39,928 nt of DNA from Pedosphaera sp. (GCA_031414955.1 JANOQV010000237.1:1-39928), one strand, 5' to 3'; shown: positions 9,485 through 19,759, counted from the first letter of the stretch. Notes: generated from the letters alone by a model not told the origin. A program made the numbers and translations.

Positions 9485-10585
9485 TCAATGAGCGCAGTGG
9501 GCGGTTTCCTCGCAGCGCGGCGCATTGGTCACCTTGCCGGCTCCGGCCAGGCCTGGTTGCTCGACGCGTTCCAGCCAAAGTTCGCGCCAGTAGGAGTAAA
9601 TGGCCCGCGGGCAGAACATGCGGCAATCGCTGTAACGCGCCTTGCAGAAAACTCCCTCCAGAATGATGGACTCGTTCTTCATCTTGATGAGCTTGCCGGT
9701 CTTCTCATCGAGAATCTTGCTCACGCGGCTGTGGACGCGATAGGTGCCGCCGCAAAAGGGAACGGCCTCGGCATCGAAGTAGAGACCCTTGTTTTTGTTG
9801 TTCGTATCGACGGTGGCCAGGATGGCTTCATACGACTTCACGCGCACCAATTCACCGGGCTGGAGATTGAGCGGCGCGGCGGCCGGAGTCGGTTGCCCCG
9901 CCGGGATGCTTCCGATATGGCGAGGATAAGGCAGCCCGCCCCAAAGCGACTGGAAGAATGCGTAGAACCAGCGCATGGGCCTGCCGATGCCGATGCCCGC
10001 GCGGCTGAGGTTGTAATAGTTGGCGTAAATCAATCCGCGGAAAACCTGGCCCAAAGTGGCGTTGCCCGAAGTGAGGTCTTCGAGGTATTGTCGCAGATCC
10101 CACCACTTGAGCAGCACGGTGGACTTGGGAACCTGCGTGGCCTGGCAGACGTAATTGGGATCGGGATCGTTCTGCTGCCCCGGCGTGCGCGTTCCCGCCA
10201 GTACGTCCTGCTCGGAGCAGCCGCTGACACTCTTGACCGGCGTGCTGGGCGCGGAGGATTTGGCGTCGGAGACGGGGCCGCTCACCGGCTTGAGCCAGGT
10301 CTCTTTCCAGAAGAGCAAACAAGCCGCCTGACAGCCTCCGTAGGCCGCACCATCGCAGCGCAGTTCCAGATGAACGGTGTCCTTGACCCAGCGACCGCCC
10401 GTTTGATGCACGGTGTCGCAAGTCTTATGGGCGCGTTTGTACACTTGAAACCGCTTGCCGCAGTACTTGAACATCTGCGGCATGAAGGGCATGGCGTCCA
10501 ACTGGGCACGCTTGTCCAGCGTGGCCAGGATTTCCTCCTTGCTCCGAATCTCCACCCAATCTCCCGGACTTAGTTTCAGGCTCAT
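9485..10585 (-). CDS. Conserved hypothetical Cys-rich protein with an internally duplicated domain
   Basis: Start placed at ATG 10585 (MSLKLSPGDW), after the upstream GT2 stop at 10608. Two homologous halves: PGDWVEIRSKEEILATLD...CG..F.V...C...C...FWKETWL and PGELVRVKSYEAILATVD...CG..Y.V...C...C...YWRELWL. Confidence 0.85.
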   Translation of the reverse strand: MSLKLSPGDWVEIRSKEEILATLDKRAQLDAMPFMPQMFKYCGKRFQVYKRAHKTCDTVHQTGGRWVKDTVHLELRCDGAAYGGCQAACLLFWKETWLKPVSGPVSDAKSSAPSTPVKSVSGCSEQDVLAGTRTPGQQNDPDPNYVCQATQVPKSTVLLKWWDLRQYLEDLTSGNATLGQVFRGLIYANYYNLSRAGIGIGRPMRWFYAFFQSLWGGLPYPRHIGSIPAGQPTPAAAPLNLQPGELVRVKSYEAILATVDTNNKNKGLYFDAEAVPFCGGTYRVHSRVSKILDEKTGKLIKMKNESIILEGVFCKARYSDCRMFCPRAIYSYWRELWLERVEQPGLAGAGKVTNAPRCEETAHCAH

Positions 10586-10607
10586 CAGCTCAACAATGAT
10601 TTTGATT

Positions 10608-11537
10608 TCAACTTTCTTGGACCACGAAATTTTCGGCTGTCTTGTTCCGGCGTAATCCGAGGCGATGCCGCATCGGCCCGGTAAAGCGCAAGAGCCGGCG
10701 CCAGTAGGAAACCACCGGCACTGCCCCATAACAGAGCAGTCGATCCGAGGTGGTTAGCGGCACATGGGCGATTCCCTTGAGGTATTCGAGGTAAACCCGC
10801 TCCCAATGCGGCAGCCAGATGCGTTCGTTGGCCCGCTTCGGATCGTGCCAGGCGAGCAAGGCCTTGGCGGACTTGTTAATCTCGGTGGCGCAGCGCTCGT
10901 GCCGGCGCATTCGGTAAAGCGCCTCGGGGATTTCAATCATCGGCCCGAGCAAGGAGAGTTCGCCCAGCAGCACATGGTCCGCCTCCAGGCAGCCCATCAG
11001 CCGCGTCTTGCGCAGCGCCTCCGACTTGATCACGCCCCAGAGCGAGTGCGCATAGGAACTTGAATAGAGGACATGCGAGAGACGCTTCAGCGGGCTCGAG
11101 GCGGTGCAACCGATGGAGTCCGGCGAAAGGTGCTTCACCCGGCCCTGCTCATCGATGATCTCGGCCCGAGTAAACACCAGCACCGTCGAAGGCGGCGCGT
11201 CCTTGTAGGCCTCCAGGCAGCGACGGACGTGCGAGGGATGGCATTCGTCATCGTGCGAGGCCCAGCGGAAGAACTCGCCGTGGGAAAGTTGAAAGACCCG
11301 GTTGTAGTTGCCGGTCGCGCCGATATTCGTGTCGTTCCGGTGATAGCGGATGCGCTTGTCCCTGGCCGCAAACTCGCGGCACATCGCCTCGGTATTGTCG
11401 GTGGAAGCGTTGTCGGAGATGACCAACTCGAAGTCCTCGAAGTCCTGCTTGAGCAGCGAGCCAACGGCATTGGCCAGGTACTTCTCCCCGTTGTAAACGG
11501 GCAGTCCGATGCTCACCTTGGGTGGTCGTGTCTGCAT
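10608..11537 (-). CDS. Glycosyltransferase family 2
   Basis: VSIGLPVYNGE, ISDNASTD, NIGATGNYN and WASHDD motifs. Confidence 0.92.
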   Translation of the reverse strand: MQTRPPKVSIGLPVYNGEKYLANAVGSLLKQDFEDFELVISDNASTDNTEAMCREFAARDKRIRYHRNDTNIGATGNYNRVFQLSHGEFFRWASHDDECHPSHVRRCLEAYKDAPPSTVLVFTRAEIIDEQGRVKHLSPDSIGCTASSPLKRLSHVLYSSSYAHSLWGVIKSEALRKTRLMGCLEADHVLLGELSLLGPMIEIPEALYRMRRHERCATEINKSAKALLAWHDPKRANERIWLPHWERVYLEYLKGIAHVPLTTSDRLLCYGAVPVVSYWRRLLRFTGPMRHRLGLRRNKTAENFVVQES

Positions 11538-11538
11538 G

Positions 11539-13113
11539 TCAGCCTGCCTCCTCTTTCTTGCGGCGCTTACTCAAAGGCCAAACTCCCACCTCGCGCAAGA
11601 CTTCCGTATAGACCGCCTTCTGCTTGAAGATGAACAGCAGCGCGAGCAGATAGACCCCGAACAGAATCGTGCATTCCACGACCAGGCGTACGAACACCGG
11701 CTCGATCCCTTGCAACCACGGGCCGCAAGCCCAAGCCCCCAGGGCACCTGCCACCACTGAACTCACCGGCGTCATCACCGCCTTGAAGACGTCTCCTGTC
11801 GTGATCGAGGTGCCAAGCTTGGCCCAGAAAATCACCGGCAGAGCCAGAAACAACATGGCGAGGGAAAACCCCGCCGCCACGCCGCTGGCTCCCCACTTGA
11901 GGCCGATGGCGTAGCTGAGAATCACCACCGGGGCAATCATCAGCGCAATCTTCAGACTGCGGCCCGCCTTCCCGCCCGCCAGCATCAGCCAAGCAAACGG
12001 ATTGATCATCGCGAAGATCAGAATGGTCGGCGCCATCAGGCGAAACACGCCCGCCGCCCCGCCCCATTTCGGGCCGAGAAAAAACCGGATGATGTCCTCC
12101 GAGAACATCGCGCAGCTCATGGTGATGGGCACGACCAGGCCGAGGAACAGGCTGTAGCCCTTGAGAAAATAACTGCGCAGCCGCACCGGATCATTCTGCA
12201 CCCGGGACAAAGCCGGGAATGCGACGGCCCCGATGGTTGAGTTCAGATTCTCCGTGGGCAGGTTGCTGAGTTGATAGGCACGGCTGTAAACACCGAGCAC
12301 TTCCGCGCCCATGAATTTCCCGAGCAGCATCTTGTCGGCGTTGTAAGCCAGATAAACGATCAAGTTGTTCATCGTGACCGCGCCGCCGTAGGCCAGCATC
12401 GAGCGCACGCCTGACCCGCGACTCGGCTTGGCTGGAGTCCATCCGGCCACCATCCACACCGCCACCGTGTGAACCCCGTACAAGCCGACGGTCATCACGA
12501 CCAGCGCCCAATACTTCTGCCCGGCCATCGCCATGCCGATGGCCGCGCCGACGCTGATCAGCAGCGAAAGAATGTCGATGATGGCCAGCGTGCCGAAACG
12601 CATGCTGCGCTGAAGCATGGCGCGGTGCTGCCAGCCCGCGCCGTTGAGCACAAAGCCCAATCCCAGCGCCACCGTCATCCAGAACAGCCTCGGCTCCTTG
12701 TAAAACGCCACCAGCACCGGAGCGACTCCGGCGCAGAGCACCGCCAGCACGCCCCCCACCGCCAGGTTGATCCAAAACAGCGTCGAGGTCTGCGCATTGG
12801 TGATCGATTCGCGCTGCACGGTGGCGAGGGAAAGGCCCGCGTCCTTGAAGAGTCCGAGAAAGCCCGTGAACGCCGCGACCATGCCGAACAAACCAAAATC
12901 TTCCGGCACCAGCAGCCGCGCCATGATCATCATGGAGCCAGTGCGCAGAACCAGCATCACCATCTGCGCGCCCGTCGAGACCACGGCCCCGCGTGCCGTC
13001 TTGCGCTTCAGATCGCCCGGCTGCACATCCTTCACGGTCGCGTCGGTTACATCCATGACCACAGCCCCAGCAGTCAGGGCAACTTCTCCCGCTGGTGATT
13101 GGGACTGGCTCAT
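11539..13113 (-). CDS. wzx: Wzx-type polysaccharide flippase (WzxC-like)
   Basis: ARLLVPEDFGL, STLFWINL, DKMLLGK..GxYSRAY and FPALSRVQ motifs; many hydrophobic helices. ATGA overlap with the upstream GT2. Confidence 0.9.
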   Translation of the reverse strand: MSQSQSPAGEVALTAGAVVMDVTDATVKDVQPGDLKRKTARGAVVSTGAQMVMLVLRTGSMMIMARLLVPEDFGLFGMVAAFTGFLGLFKDAGLSLATVQRESITNAQTSTLFWINLAVGGVLAVLCAGVAPVLVAFYKEPRLFWMTVALGLGFVLNGAGWQHRAMLQRSMRFGTLAIIDILSLLISVGAAIGMAMAGQKYWALVVMTVGLYGVHTVAVWMVAGWTPAKPSRGSGVRSMLAYGGAVTMNNLIVYLAYNADKMLLGKFMGAEVLGVYSRAYQLSNLPTENLNSTIGAVAFPALSRVQNDPVRLRSYFLKGYSLFLGLVVPITMSCAMFSEDIIRFFLGPKWGGAAGVFRLMAPTILIFAMINPFAWLMLAGGKAGRSLKIALMIAPVVILSYAIGLKWGASGVAAGFSLAMLFLALPVIFWAKLGTSITTGDVFKAVMTPVSSVVAGALGAWACGPWLQGIEPVFVRLVVECTILFGVYLLALLFIFKQKAVYTEVLREVGVWPLSKRRKKEEAG

Positions 13114-14132
13114 GATGCGGTTTCCGTCCTTGGGCGGTCGAAGCGGTGAAGGGCACTATCCCAGGCGCGGAGGGCCGACCATTTCATTTGCGGCAGGGAG
13201 ATCTGGGCGCGACGCGCGAATTCCCAGCCAAAGAGATTTTGCAGCCAGGAGTATTTCCAGGAGAGCCGCGGCAGTTCCAACTTGCCACCCAGACTTGCGG
13301 CCAGTTCCTGCGCCTGCCCCACCAGATCCTTGCGCTCGGGATAAAAACTCGGCAGCCAGTTCTGCAAATAGCTCACGCAGGCGGCGCGCACGCGCTCGCT
13401 CTCCTCCAACGAACGGAGATAGCCGATGTGCAGCTTCATGGAAACCCACTGCGCCTCCATCTTGCGATCCGAGCGCCCGATGTAACTGAGCCGGCCGTAG
13501 CCTGACATGCGATACATGACCTGCGCTCCGGGGATGAAACGAACGCCCTCGCTCGCAAGCAGAATGCGGCAGAAGTATTCTCCGTCATCATCGCCCAGCA
13601 ACTGCGTGTTCCAAGGGCCGGCCGCCTCGGTCATCTCGCGGCTCACCAGCCAGGTCCCGGTCTGCATGTGTTGGTTCAAGCCCATCTTGCGCACCAACCA
13701 GTCGGCGCGCGACAGATCTTCCCAAAGCGGACCAGGCAAATATTTCGTGCGATGCGCCCGATACATGAAAGTTCCCCAGGCCGAAGAAAGCAGCGTGCGC
13801 TTCCCCGCCCCCTGCTCCACGGCCGCCATCTGCAACGCCACCTTGTCCGGCGACAGCAAATCATCCGCGTCCAGCCACTGGATGAAATCCCCCCGACTGA
13901 GCGAGTAGGCTTTGTTCCGGGTGGCCGCCGCACCTTCGTTCGACTTGGTGACGATCTGGACGTTCCTCGCCGCGAAGCGCTTCGCCACGGCCAGCGTTTG
14001 ATCCTTGGATCCGTCATCGACGACGATGATCTCCGTGTTGGGCCAGGTCTGGGCGACCGCCGACTCCAGAGTTTCGGCGATGAACTGCTCCGCGTTGTAA
14101 GCGGGGATGAGAATGGAAACGAGCGGCTTCAC
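13110..14132 (-). CDS. Glycosyltransferase family 2
   Basis: GTG start at 14132 overlaps the upstream TGA (GTGA). VSILIPAYN, VVDDGSKD, WLDADD motifs. Confidence 0.92.
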   Translation of the reverse strand: MKPLVSILIPAYNAEQFIAETLESAVAQTWPNTEIIVVDDGSKDQTLAVAKRFAARNVQIVTKSNEGAAATRNKAYSLSRGDFIQWLDADDLLSPDKVALQMAAVEQGAGKRTLLSSAWGTFMYRAHRTKYLPGPLWEDLSRADWLVRKMGLNQHMQTGTWLVSREMTEAAGPWNTQLLGDDDGEYFCRILLASEGVRFIPGAQVMYRMSGYGRLSYIGRSDRKMEAQWVSMKLHIGYLRSLEESERVRAACVSYLQNWLPSFYPERKDLVGQAQELAASLGGKLELPRLSWKYSWLQNLFGWEFARRAQISLPQMKWSALRAWDSALHRFDRPRTETAS

Positions 14133-15394
14133 GCGCGCGCCTTTTGCTCGCCGCACAGCGCGCCGTAAATCTGCCGCGTGACCCCGGCGGCCTGCGCCCA
14201 AGAATACTTCTCGTTGGCGAATTTCTGGATGTCGGCCCGGCGCGTTTCCAATTCGCGGAAGAGCGGACTGGAAAAATATTCCTGAATCTTCACCGCGAGA
14301 TCCGCAGCATCCATCGGACGGAAAACGAACCCGGTCCGGCCTTCCACGATGTCCTCGCGCAACGATCCGACATCAGCAGCCAGCACCGGCAGGCCGAAAC
14401 TGTAGCCGAGGAACAGGACGCCGCTCTGGAAGACGTGGGTGTAGGGCAGCACCAACACATCTGCCGCCTTGAAGTACCATTCGGTCTGCTCGTCGGGCAC
14501 AAACTCGATCTTCTCAATTATCCGATCGCGCGTGCCCGTGCGCTCGATGGTCCGCTGAATCTCGCTCCAGTAATCCTCACAGCCCTTGGGGCGACCGGCG
14601 ATGATCACCCGATAAGCTGGATCGAGGGCCATCACCGCAGCGAGGGCATCGACCAGATACTCCACCCCTTTGTACGGCGCGATGTTGCCGAAGAAGAGCA
14701 TCGTCTTGAGGTTCGGTCCCACGCCGGCCAGCTTGCGCGCCTCGCCGGTGGTGAGCCGAGTGTTAGGCACGGTGTTATTTATCCCGAAGGGAATAACCGT
14801 GACCTTGCTCCCGGCGATGCCGAACTCCGCCGCCAGTTCCTCCTTCATCTTCGCGGTGTGGACTAGAATATGATCGGCCAGGCGGTACTGGCATCTCAGC
14901 GAGCAGCGGTTGAGCACCCCGTCGTTACCGTCGCGCTTGCCGGCATTCACGTTGTGCGCGGTGAACACCACCTTCTTGCCCAGCAGCTTGTAGAAAAGCA
15001 TCAGCGCCGTCCGATCGAAGAACTCAAACTTGTTGTTCCACAGGATGTGAAACACGCGCGGCCGCGAGGTGGCGGCGTAGAAAAGCAGGCGCACGTAATA
15101 CACCAGCACGCGCCAGAGCTTGCGCCCCCGGCTGGCCTTCACGCTTTGATCGCCACGCAGGTTCAGGAAATGGATTTGCGAGGTGCCATGAAGTTCCGGG
15201 CCGTCGATGTCATCACTGCCGATGAAATCCACCACGATTCCCTCCGCCGCCAGCGACGGCGCGAGACCAAGCGCGTAGGGCTTGTCCGCGCCACCGGTCA
15301 GGAGTGCGACTTCGCACGGGCGACGGGGCACGCGCATGGTTTCACCTGTGTGCGTGCCCAAAGCCGGAGCAGTCTGAGCGTTGTCCGTTGTCAT
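14129..15394 (-). CDS. Glycosyltransferase family 4
   Basis: FFGNIAPYKG, AADVLVLPY...QSGV and PVLAADVGSLREDIVEGRTG motifs. ATG at 15394 overlaps the upstream stop (TGATG). Confidence 0.9.
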   Translation of the reverse strand: MTTDNAQTAPALGTHTGETMRVPRRPCEVALLTGGADKPYALGLAPSLAAEGIVVDFIGSDDIDGPELHGTSQIHFLNLRGDQSVKASRGRKLWRVLVYYVRLLFYAATSRPRVFHILWNNKFEFFDRTALMLFYKLLGKKVVFTAHNVNAGKRDGNDGVLNRCSLRCQYRLADHILVHTAKMKEELAAEFGIAGSKVTVIPFGINNTVPNTRLTTGEARKLAGVGPNLKTMLFFGNIAPYKGVEYLVDALAAVMALDPAYRVIIAGRPKGCEDYWSEIQRTIERTGTRDRIIEKIEFVPDEQTEWYFKAADVLVLPYTHVFQSGVLFLGYSFGLPVLAADVGSLREDIVEGRTGFVFRPMDAADLAVKIQEYFSSPLFRELETRRADIQKFANEKYSWAQAAGVTRQIYGALCGEQKARA

Positions 15395-16305
15395 CAAGCA
15401 GCCGCGAACGGACGGGCTTCCGCAGCGAGTTCCAACTGCTTCATCGTGGCCTCGAAGACTTCATCCACGCTGATGACCGTCGTGGCCCGCCGGTCGTAGC
15501 CACGCTTATAGAAGAATTCCTCCAAGAGAGGCGACACGATCTTGGTCTGTAATCCGTAATCGTGAATCTCCCAGGGACTGGTGCAGGTGAACAGGGTCAC
15601 GCAACGAACGCCCGTCCCAAGTCCGAGGTGCATCGGCAGACTGTCGCCACTGACCAGTACGCGGTGGTTACGAACGTCGCAAAGATGCTCGAGCAAGGAG
15701 GCGCGCTGCGGAAGTTTGTTCACCGTCAGACCCTGGGCTTCGAGTCGCTGCTTCAGTTCCTCGTAATAGACCCAGTTCTTCATCGGCCAGACCGGACCGC
15801 CCTCGGGCGAGATGGCGACATCACCCTTCAATCCCGTTTCGAGCGGTGTAGGCAGCACATAAGCGTCGTTATCGAAGCGCAAGCCGAGGCCACTAAAAAT
15901 GAGATCCTGATAGGTGCGACGGTTCTTCAACTTCAAGCGATCCGCCTCGGCGCGCCCGTGGACGCTGATCAGGCTCAGGTCGAACCACGCCTTCGCATCG
16001 TCCGTGTAGCGCATCTCACCACTGCCATTCAGATACGCGCCGAAGCGTTTGGCCGAGCCGAGCGAATCGGCGAACTGGCCTACATCCACGGTGTCTTCGA
16101 GATTGATAATGAGATCGTATTTGCGGTCGCGGGCGTGCTCGCGGTTCTCCCACGAGAAACAGCGCAAATCTTCGCGCATGTTTTCAAGCAGCACTGTGTT
16201 CTTCGCGGCAGTGATCCAGGTCACATGCCCCTGCAAGCGGTGCAACAACGTCGAGGTCCGCACCACGTCCCCAGTGGCGCCCAGCTTGGCAATTAATACA
16301 TTCAT
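15394..16305 (-). CDS. Glycosyltransferase family 9 (heptosyltransferase-like)
   Basis: Start at ATG 16305 (MNVLIAKLGATGDVVRT). WPMKNW and VSGDSLPMHLG...VTLF match the GT9 signature. Confidence 0.82.
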   Translation of the reverse strand: MNVLIAKLGATGDVVRTSTLLHRLQGHVTWITAAKNTVLLENMREDLRCFSWENREHARDRKYDLIINLEDTVDVGQFADSLGSAKRFGAYLNGSGEMRYTDDAKAWFDLSLISVHGRAEADRLKLKNRRTYQDLIFSGLGLRFDNDAYVLPTPLETGLKGDVAISPEGGPVWPMKNWVYYEELKQRLEAQGLTVNKLPQRASLLEHLCDVRNHRVLVSGDSLPMHLGLGTGVRCVTLFTCTSPWEIHDYGLQTKIVSPLLEEFFYKRGYDRRATTVISVDEVFEATMKQLELAAEARPFAAA

Positions 16306-16576
16306 GAAGTTGAAAGCGGTTGCGAACTGCCTGTCCCATCGCCCCGGACGCGCCTGAGCGTCAAGCACCGTTTCGCACTCCCCTACCTGCCATCGGCAAA
16401 AATCGACGCAAGTAAAGGAGATGGAATCAGTGGATGAAATGCGAACGGGTCAGAACACGGCGATGATAAATTGAAAGCTTGGGGCGCAAACTTGCGGCCG
16501 CCGGCTGGACGCCGACGGCCGCGCAACTGAACCCGACCGGCTGATGGCAAGTTGCCACCAACTCCCCATCACGCCA

Positions 16577-19480
16577 TTACAGCGACGTGGATCGAGGATT
16601 TGTCGGAGCGCCCGGCGCAGCCTGGCCCGTGACCGTCGTATTCTTGTCGATCAGGATTTGTGCGGGGTTCAAGGCGCGGTTGTAGATGCGCACTTCGTCA
16701 ATTCGCCCGGCCCAATACTGGGACGAGATGAGATCCCCACCGATGGTGAGAGGATCGGTGGAGGCGGCGATGTTGCCCGTCTGGGCGCGGCTGGCTACCT
16801 GCACGCCATTGACGTAGAGGCGAATCATCGCGCCATCGTAGGTTGCCGCCAGGTGGGACCAGGTGTTGAGCGGCAGGGCGTTGGTACCATACAAAGTCGC
16901 CGAACTGAAAGTGCCACCCACGCACGGAGCCAGGCCGGTGGGAGTGCAGCCCTCGAGGAAATAAATGTCGTTGGCCTTGTAAATGATGTCACGCCACCCG
17001 CCCAAGCTGGTCGGGTAAACCCAGGCTTCGAGCGTCATGGCCGTGGCCAGGGCGAGCGAGGGCGCATCGGCGACCGTCACCACCGTGCTGGTGCCATTGA
17101 ATTGAACCGCCTTGCCAAAGCGGCCCGTGGCCCAGATGCCGCCGACGATGACGCCGTGATTGCCGGCGCCCGACAAGTCGTTCAGCACGGTGCCAGCTCC
17201 TTCGTCGAAACTGTAAGCCGCGACCAGGCCGGTCGAGGGGTTGACCACGGAGATGACCACGGTGTTCGTCCCAGACTTGACGCCATCCGACACAATCAAA
17301 CGGGCCGTATAGACACCAATGGCGGAGTAAGTGTGACTGGGATTGGCCAGCGTGGAGTTGGCCGTGCCATCGCCGAAATTCCAATTGAAGGTCAGCGCAG
17401 CGCCTTCGGTATCCGAGGAACCCGCGCTGGAGAACGCCACCACGAAAGGCACCGTGCCGGAAGTCGGAGTGGCCGCAGCCACCGCCACCGGCGGTTGATT
17501 GCCCACCATGATGGCGATGTTGGTGCTGGAAAAGTTCGTGCCATCCGAGATCGTCAATTGCGCGGAGAAAGCCCCCTCCAGCACGTAATTGTGCGTTGGG
17601 TTCGCCGCCGTGGAATTGGCCGTGCCGTCGCCGAAATCCCAAACGTAGGTCAGCGCCGCGCCTTCCGGATCGGAGGAAAGCGCGCCCGCAAAAGTCACGA
17701 GCATGGGCGGCACACCCAGAACAGGATTGGCCGTGGCCCGCACGATGGGCACCAGGTTCACCGGCCCGGTGGGCGGCGGCGTGCCGAAGAAATGGCGGTA
17801 ACCCGCCGGGATGTTCGTGGCCACGGCCGTGAGTGGACTGGCCGGATCAATGGCCGGCCAGGGCCGGTTGCCAAACCAGACCGGTTTGTTGGCCAAATAA
17901 TAAGAGATGGGCATGGAGGCGAGCGTGTTCGCGCCCGCGTCCACAATGCTGTTGTTCACGGCGTCCCAGTTCAGCGTCCGCAGCGTATCGAGCACGGCGG
18001 GCGTGTCGTACCCACCGCCGAAGCCGCCGCCCCAGTTGACGTTGTAGCCCATCTTGTAAACGTAATAAGGGGGACCGGGGTTGGCCACGCTCGCCGTCGG
18101 AATGACTTCGTAAACGGTGTGAATCAGGCGCACGCCCAGCACGTTGCCCACCAGGTTGTTCTTGCGGTTGTAGCGCTCGATGCTCACCGGCGTCTGGTCC
18201 ATGCCGTTCTTGGTCGGATCCCAGCCTTCCACACGGTTGCGGAAATAGGTGTTCATGTAACCGCCGCTGCCGTGCGTGAAATCCGAGAGAATCTTGTTTT
18301 GGCAAAAATTGCCCTCGAACAGATTGCCCCACGCCAGATCGCCATGACAGCTCAAGGCCACCGTCTGCCCGCTGCCCGAAGGCACGCCTTGGGAATCGGA
18401 CCATCCGTCGATGATGTAGTTGTAGCCCACCACGCTGCTCGAGGTTCCGTAATTCAAGGTAATCGCGCCGTGAAGATGCTTGAGAATGTTGTTCTCGATC
18501 AGGAAGCCGGTGGCGAGATGGTAGAGCGCTATGCCGTAGGATCGGCCCGAGTCGTAATAATGCCCGTAGCCGAACCATGAGTCGCGGATTTCACACTTGT
18601 AGCTGAAGGCGGCGAAGACGTGGGAACCGCCGGGAACGTTCGTTGAGACGATGTTCTTGACCCAGCAACGGTCGGCATTCTCCATCACGATCATGTGCTC
18701 GCTCAGACCGCCGCCGTAGCGGCCCTCGATGGTGAAATCTTCCAGACCACAGAGAGTCAAAGGAGACCACACCGTGGAGTCGTAGGCCGACTTCGCGATC
18801 TGGGCCGTCTGGGACATCTTGAAGTTGAAATTAATCGGGTCTTCCGTCGTGATAGTCGTGCCACTGATCGCAACCACCCGAACCAACTGCCCCAAACCCC
18901 GCGCGCCATTGCCAGTCAGGTTGCGATAGATGGAACTCGTCTCCTGCCCGACACTCACGCAAATCGCCGGATCATCAAGCTGATCCACGATGTAAAGCTG
19001 GTTGGTCCGGATCCAAGCCGGCATCGGGCTGACGGTGAGAGTGTGGGTTCCTTTGACCGCGTCCGCCGTGAGGTTCGCATCGGTGCTCAAAGCCGACTCG
19101 CTGGCGTAACCGCGCATGTACATCGTGCCATTATTCAGCAGAATCTTGGTCACGCCCGGCCCGCTCCCCCGCAGCACCACGCCTGCCGCGACACCCTGCC
19201 AATCCAGACCGTTGATGTTGAAGGTGCCGGGACCCAGGCGCACCACGCGATTGGCCGGGGAACCATGCAGGGCCGAGGAAATCGCCGACGTGTCATCCCC
19301 GCCCGACGGCGAGATCGTGGTGTGAATCACCGCCGTGGCCGGTATGCCACCAGGAATGCCTACCCGCCCCTGCCAAGCGGCACGACGTTCGATCGGTATC
19401 GGATCAGCACCAAGCGCGGAAAAGCCGGTGGCAATCAACAACGCGATCGTGGTAAACAGATGCCGCTCAATATTCCTCAT
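16577..19480 (-). CDS. Secreted right-handed beta-helix (pectate-lyase-like fold) protein with two PKD domains and a C-terminal LamG/ConA-like domain
   Basis: Signal-like N-terminus MRNIERHLFTTIALLIATGFSALGA; start could also be 19495. Asn-ladder repeats ENNI/EGNF/FRNR/VGNVLG. Two PKD motifs (WDFGDG, WNFGDG..NPxHxY). LamG motifs (WSHLAATYDG..LYVNG..IDEVRIYNRAL). Confidence 0.85.
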   Translation of the reverse strand: MRNIERHLFTTIALLIATGFSALGADPIPIERRAAWQGRVGIPGGIPATAVIHTTISPSGGDDTSAISSALHGSPANRVVRLGPGTFNINGLDWQGVAAGVVLRGSGPGVTKILLNNGTMYMRGYASESALSTDANLTADAVKGTHTLTVSPMPAWIRTNQLYIVDQLDDPAICVSVGQETSSIYRNLTGNGARGLGQLVRVVAISGTTITTEDPINFNFKMSQTAQIAKSAYDSTVWSPLTLCGLEDFTIEGRYGGGLSEHMIVMENADRCWVKNIVSTNVPGGSHVFAAFSYKCEIRDSWFGYGHYYDSGRSYGIALYHLATGFLIENNILKHLHGAITLNYGTSSSVVGYNYIIDGWSDSQGVPSGSGQTVALSCHGDLAWGNLFEGNFCQNKILSDFTHGSGGYMNTYFRNRVEGWDPTKNGMDQTPVSIERYNRKNNLVGNVLGVRLIHTVYEVIPTASVANPGPPYYVYKMGYNVNWGGGFGGGYDTPAVLDTLRTLNWDAVNNSIVDAGANTLASMPISYYLANKPVWFGNRPWPAIDPASPLTAVATNIPAGYRHFFGTPPPTGPVNLVPIVRATANPVLGVPPMLVTFAGALSSDPEGAALTYVWDFGDGTANSTAANPTHNYVLEGAFSAQLTISDGTNFSSTNIAIMVGNQPPVAVAAATPTSGTVPFVVAFSSAGSSDTEGAALTFNWNFGDGTANSTLANPSHTYSAIGVYTARLIVSDGVKSGTNTVVISVVNPSTGLVAAYSFDEGAGTVLNDLSGAGNHGVIVGGIWATGRFGKAVQFNGTSTVVTVADAPSLALATAMTLEAWVYPTSLGGWRDIIYKANDIYFLEGCTPTGLAPCVGGTFSSATLYGTNALPLNTWSHLAATYDGAMIRLYVNGVQVASRAQTGNIAASTDPLTIGGDLISSQYWAGRIDEVRIYNRALNPAQILIDKNTTVTGQAAPGAPTNPRSTSL

Positions 19481-19489
19481 GCGGCGTAT

Positions 19490-19506
19490 TGGCATGTTCC
19501 ATGCCA
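19490..19506 (-). promoter_or_regulatory. Perfect palindrome TGGCATG-GAA-CATGCCA resembling a sigma-54 -24/-12 promoter or operator
   Basis: GG-N10-GC spacing on the minus strand. Standard spacing would put +1 at 19480, the A of the likely start codon. Confidence 0.3.
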
Positions 19507-19759
19507 GAGACCTCAGCAGCGGCTCCACTTCAATCTTCGCTAACCCACGAGTGGTTTTCATCATGCCCAACAGCTTGGTGGGAATGTGGCCTCCTGCAAT
19601 GGGGTGTTACCCTAACAAATAACTCAAACTGAGCCGCTGGAGCGTTTTGCGTCGATAAACTTGCCACCATCGGCTAATCATTCGAAATGCCCACTGTCCA
19701 TGAACTCGACTGTCCTGATTCACGCACGATTTCATGGACAAAACTGCTGGACAGCCCCA

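Noticed and set aside
16495..16521. GC hairpin after the PKD/LamG gene as a terminator
   Set aside because: The stem is plausible but no U-tract follows directly on the minus strand; too weak to call.
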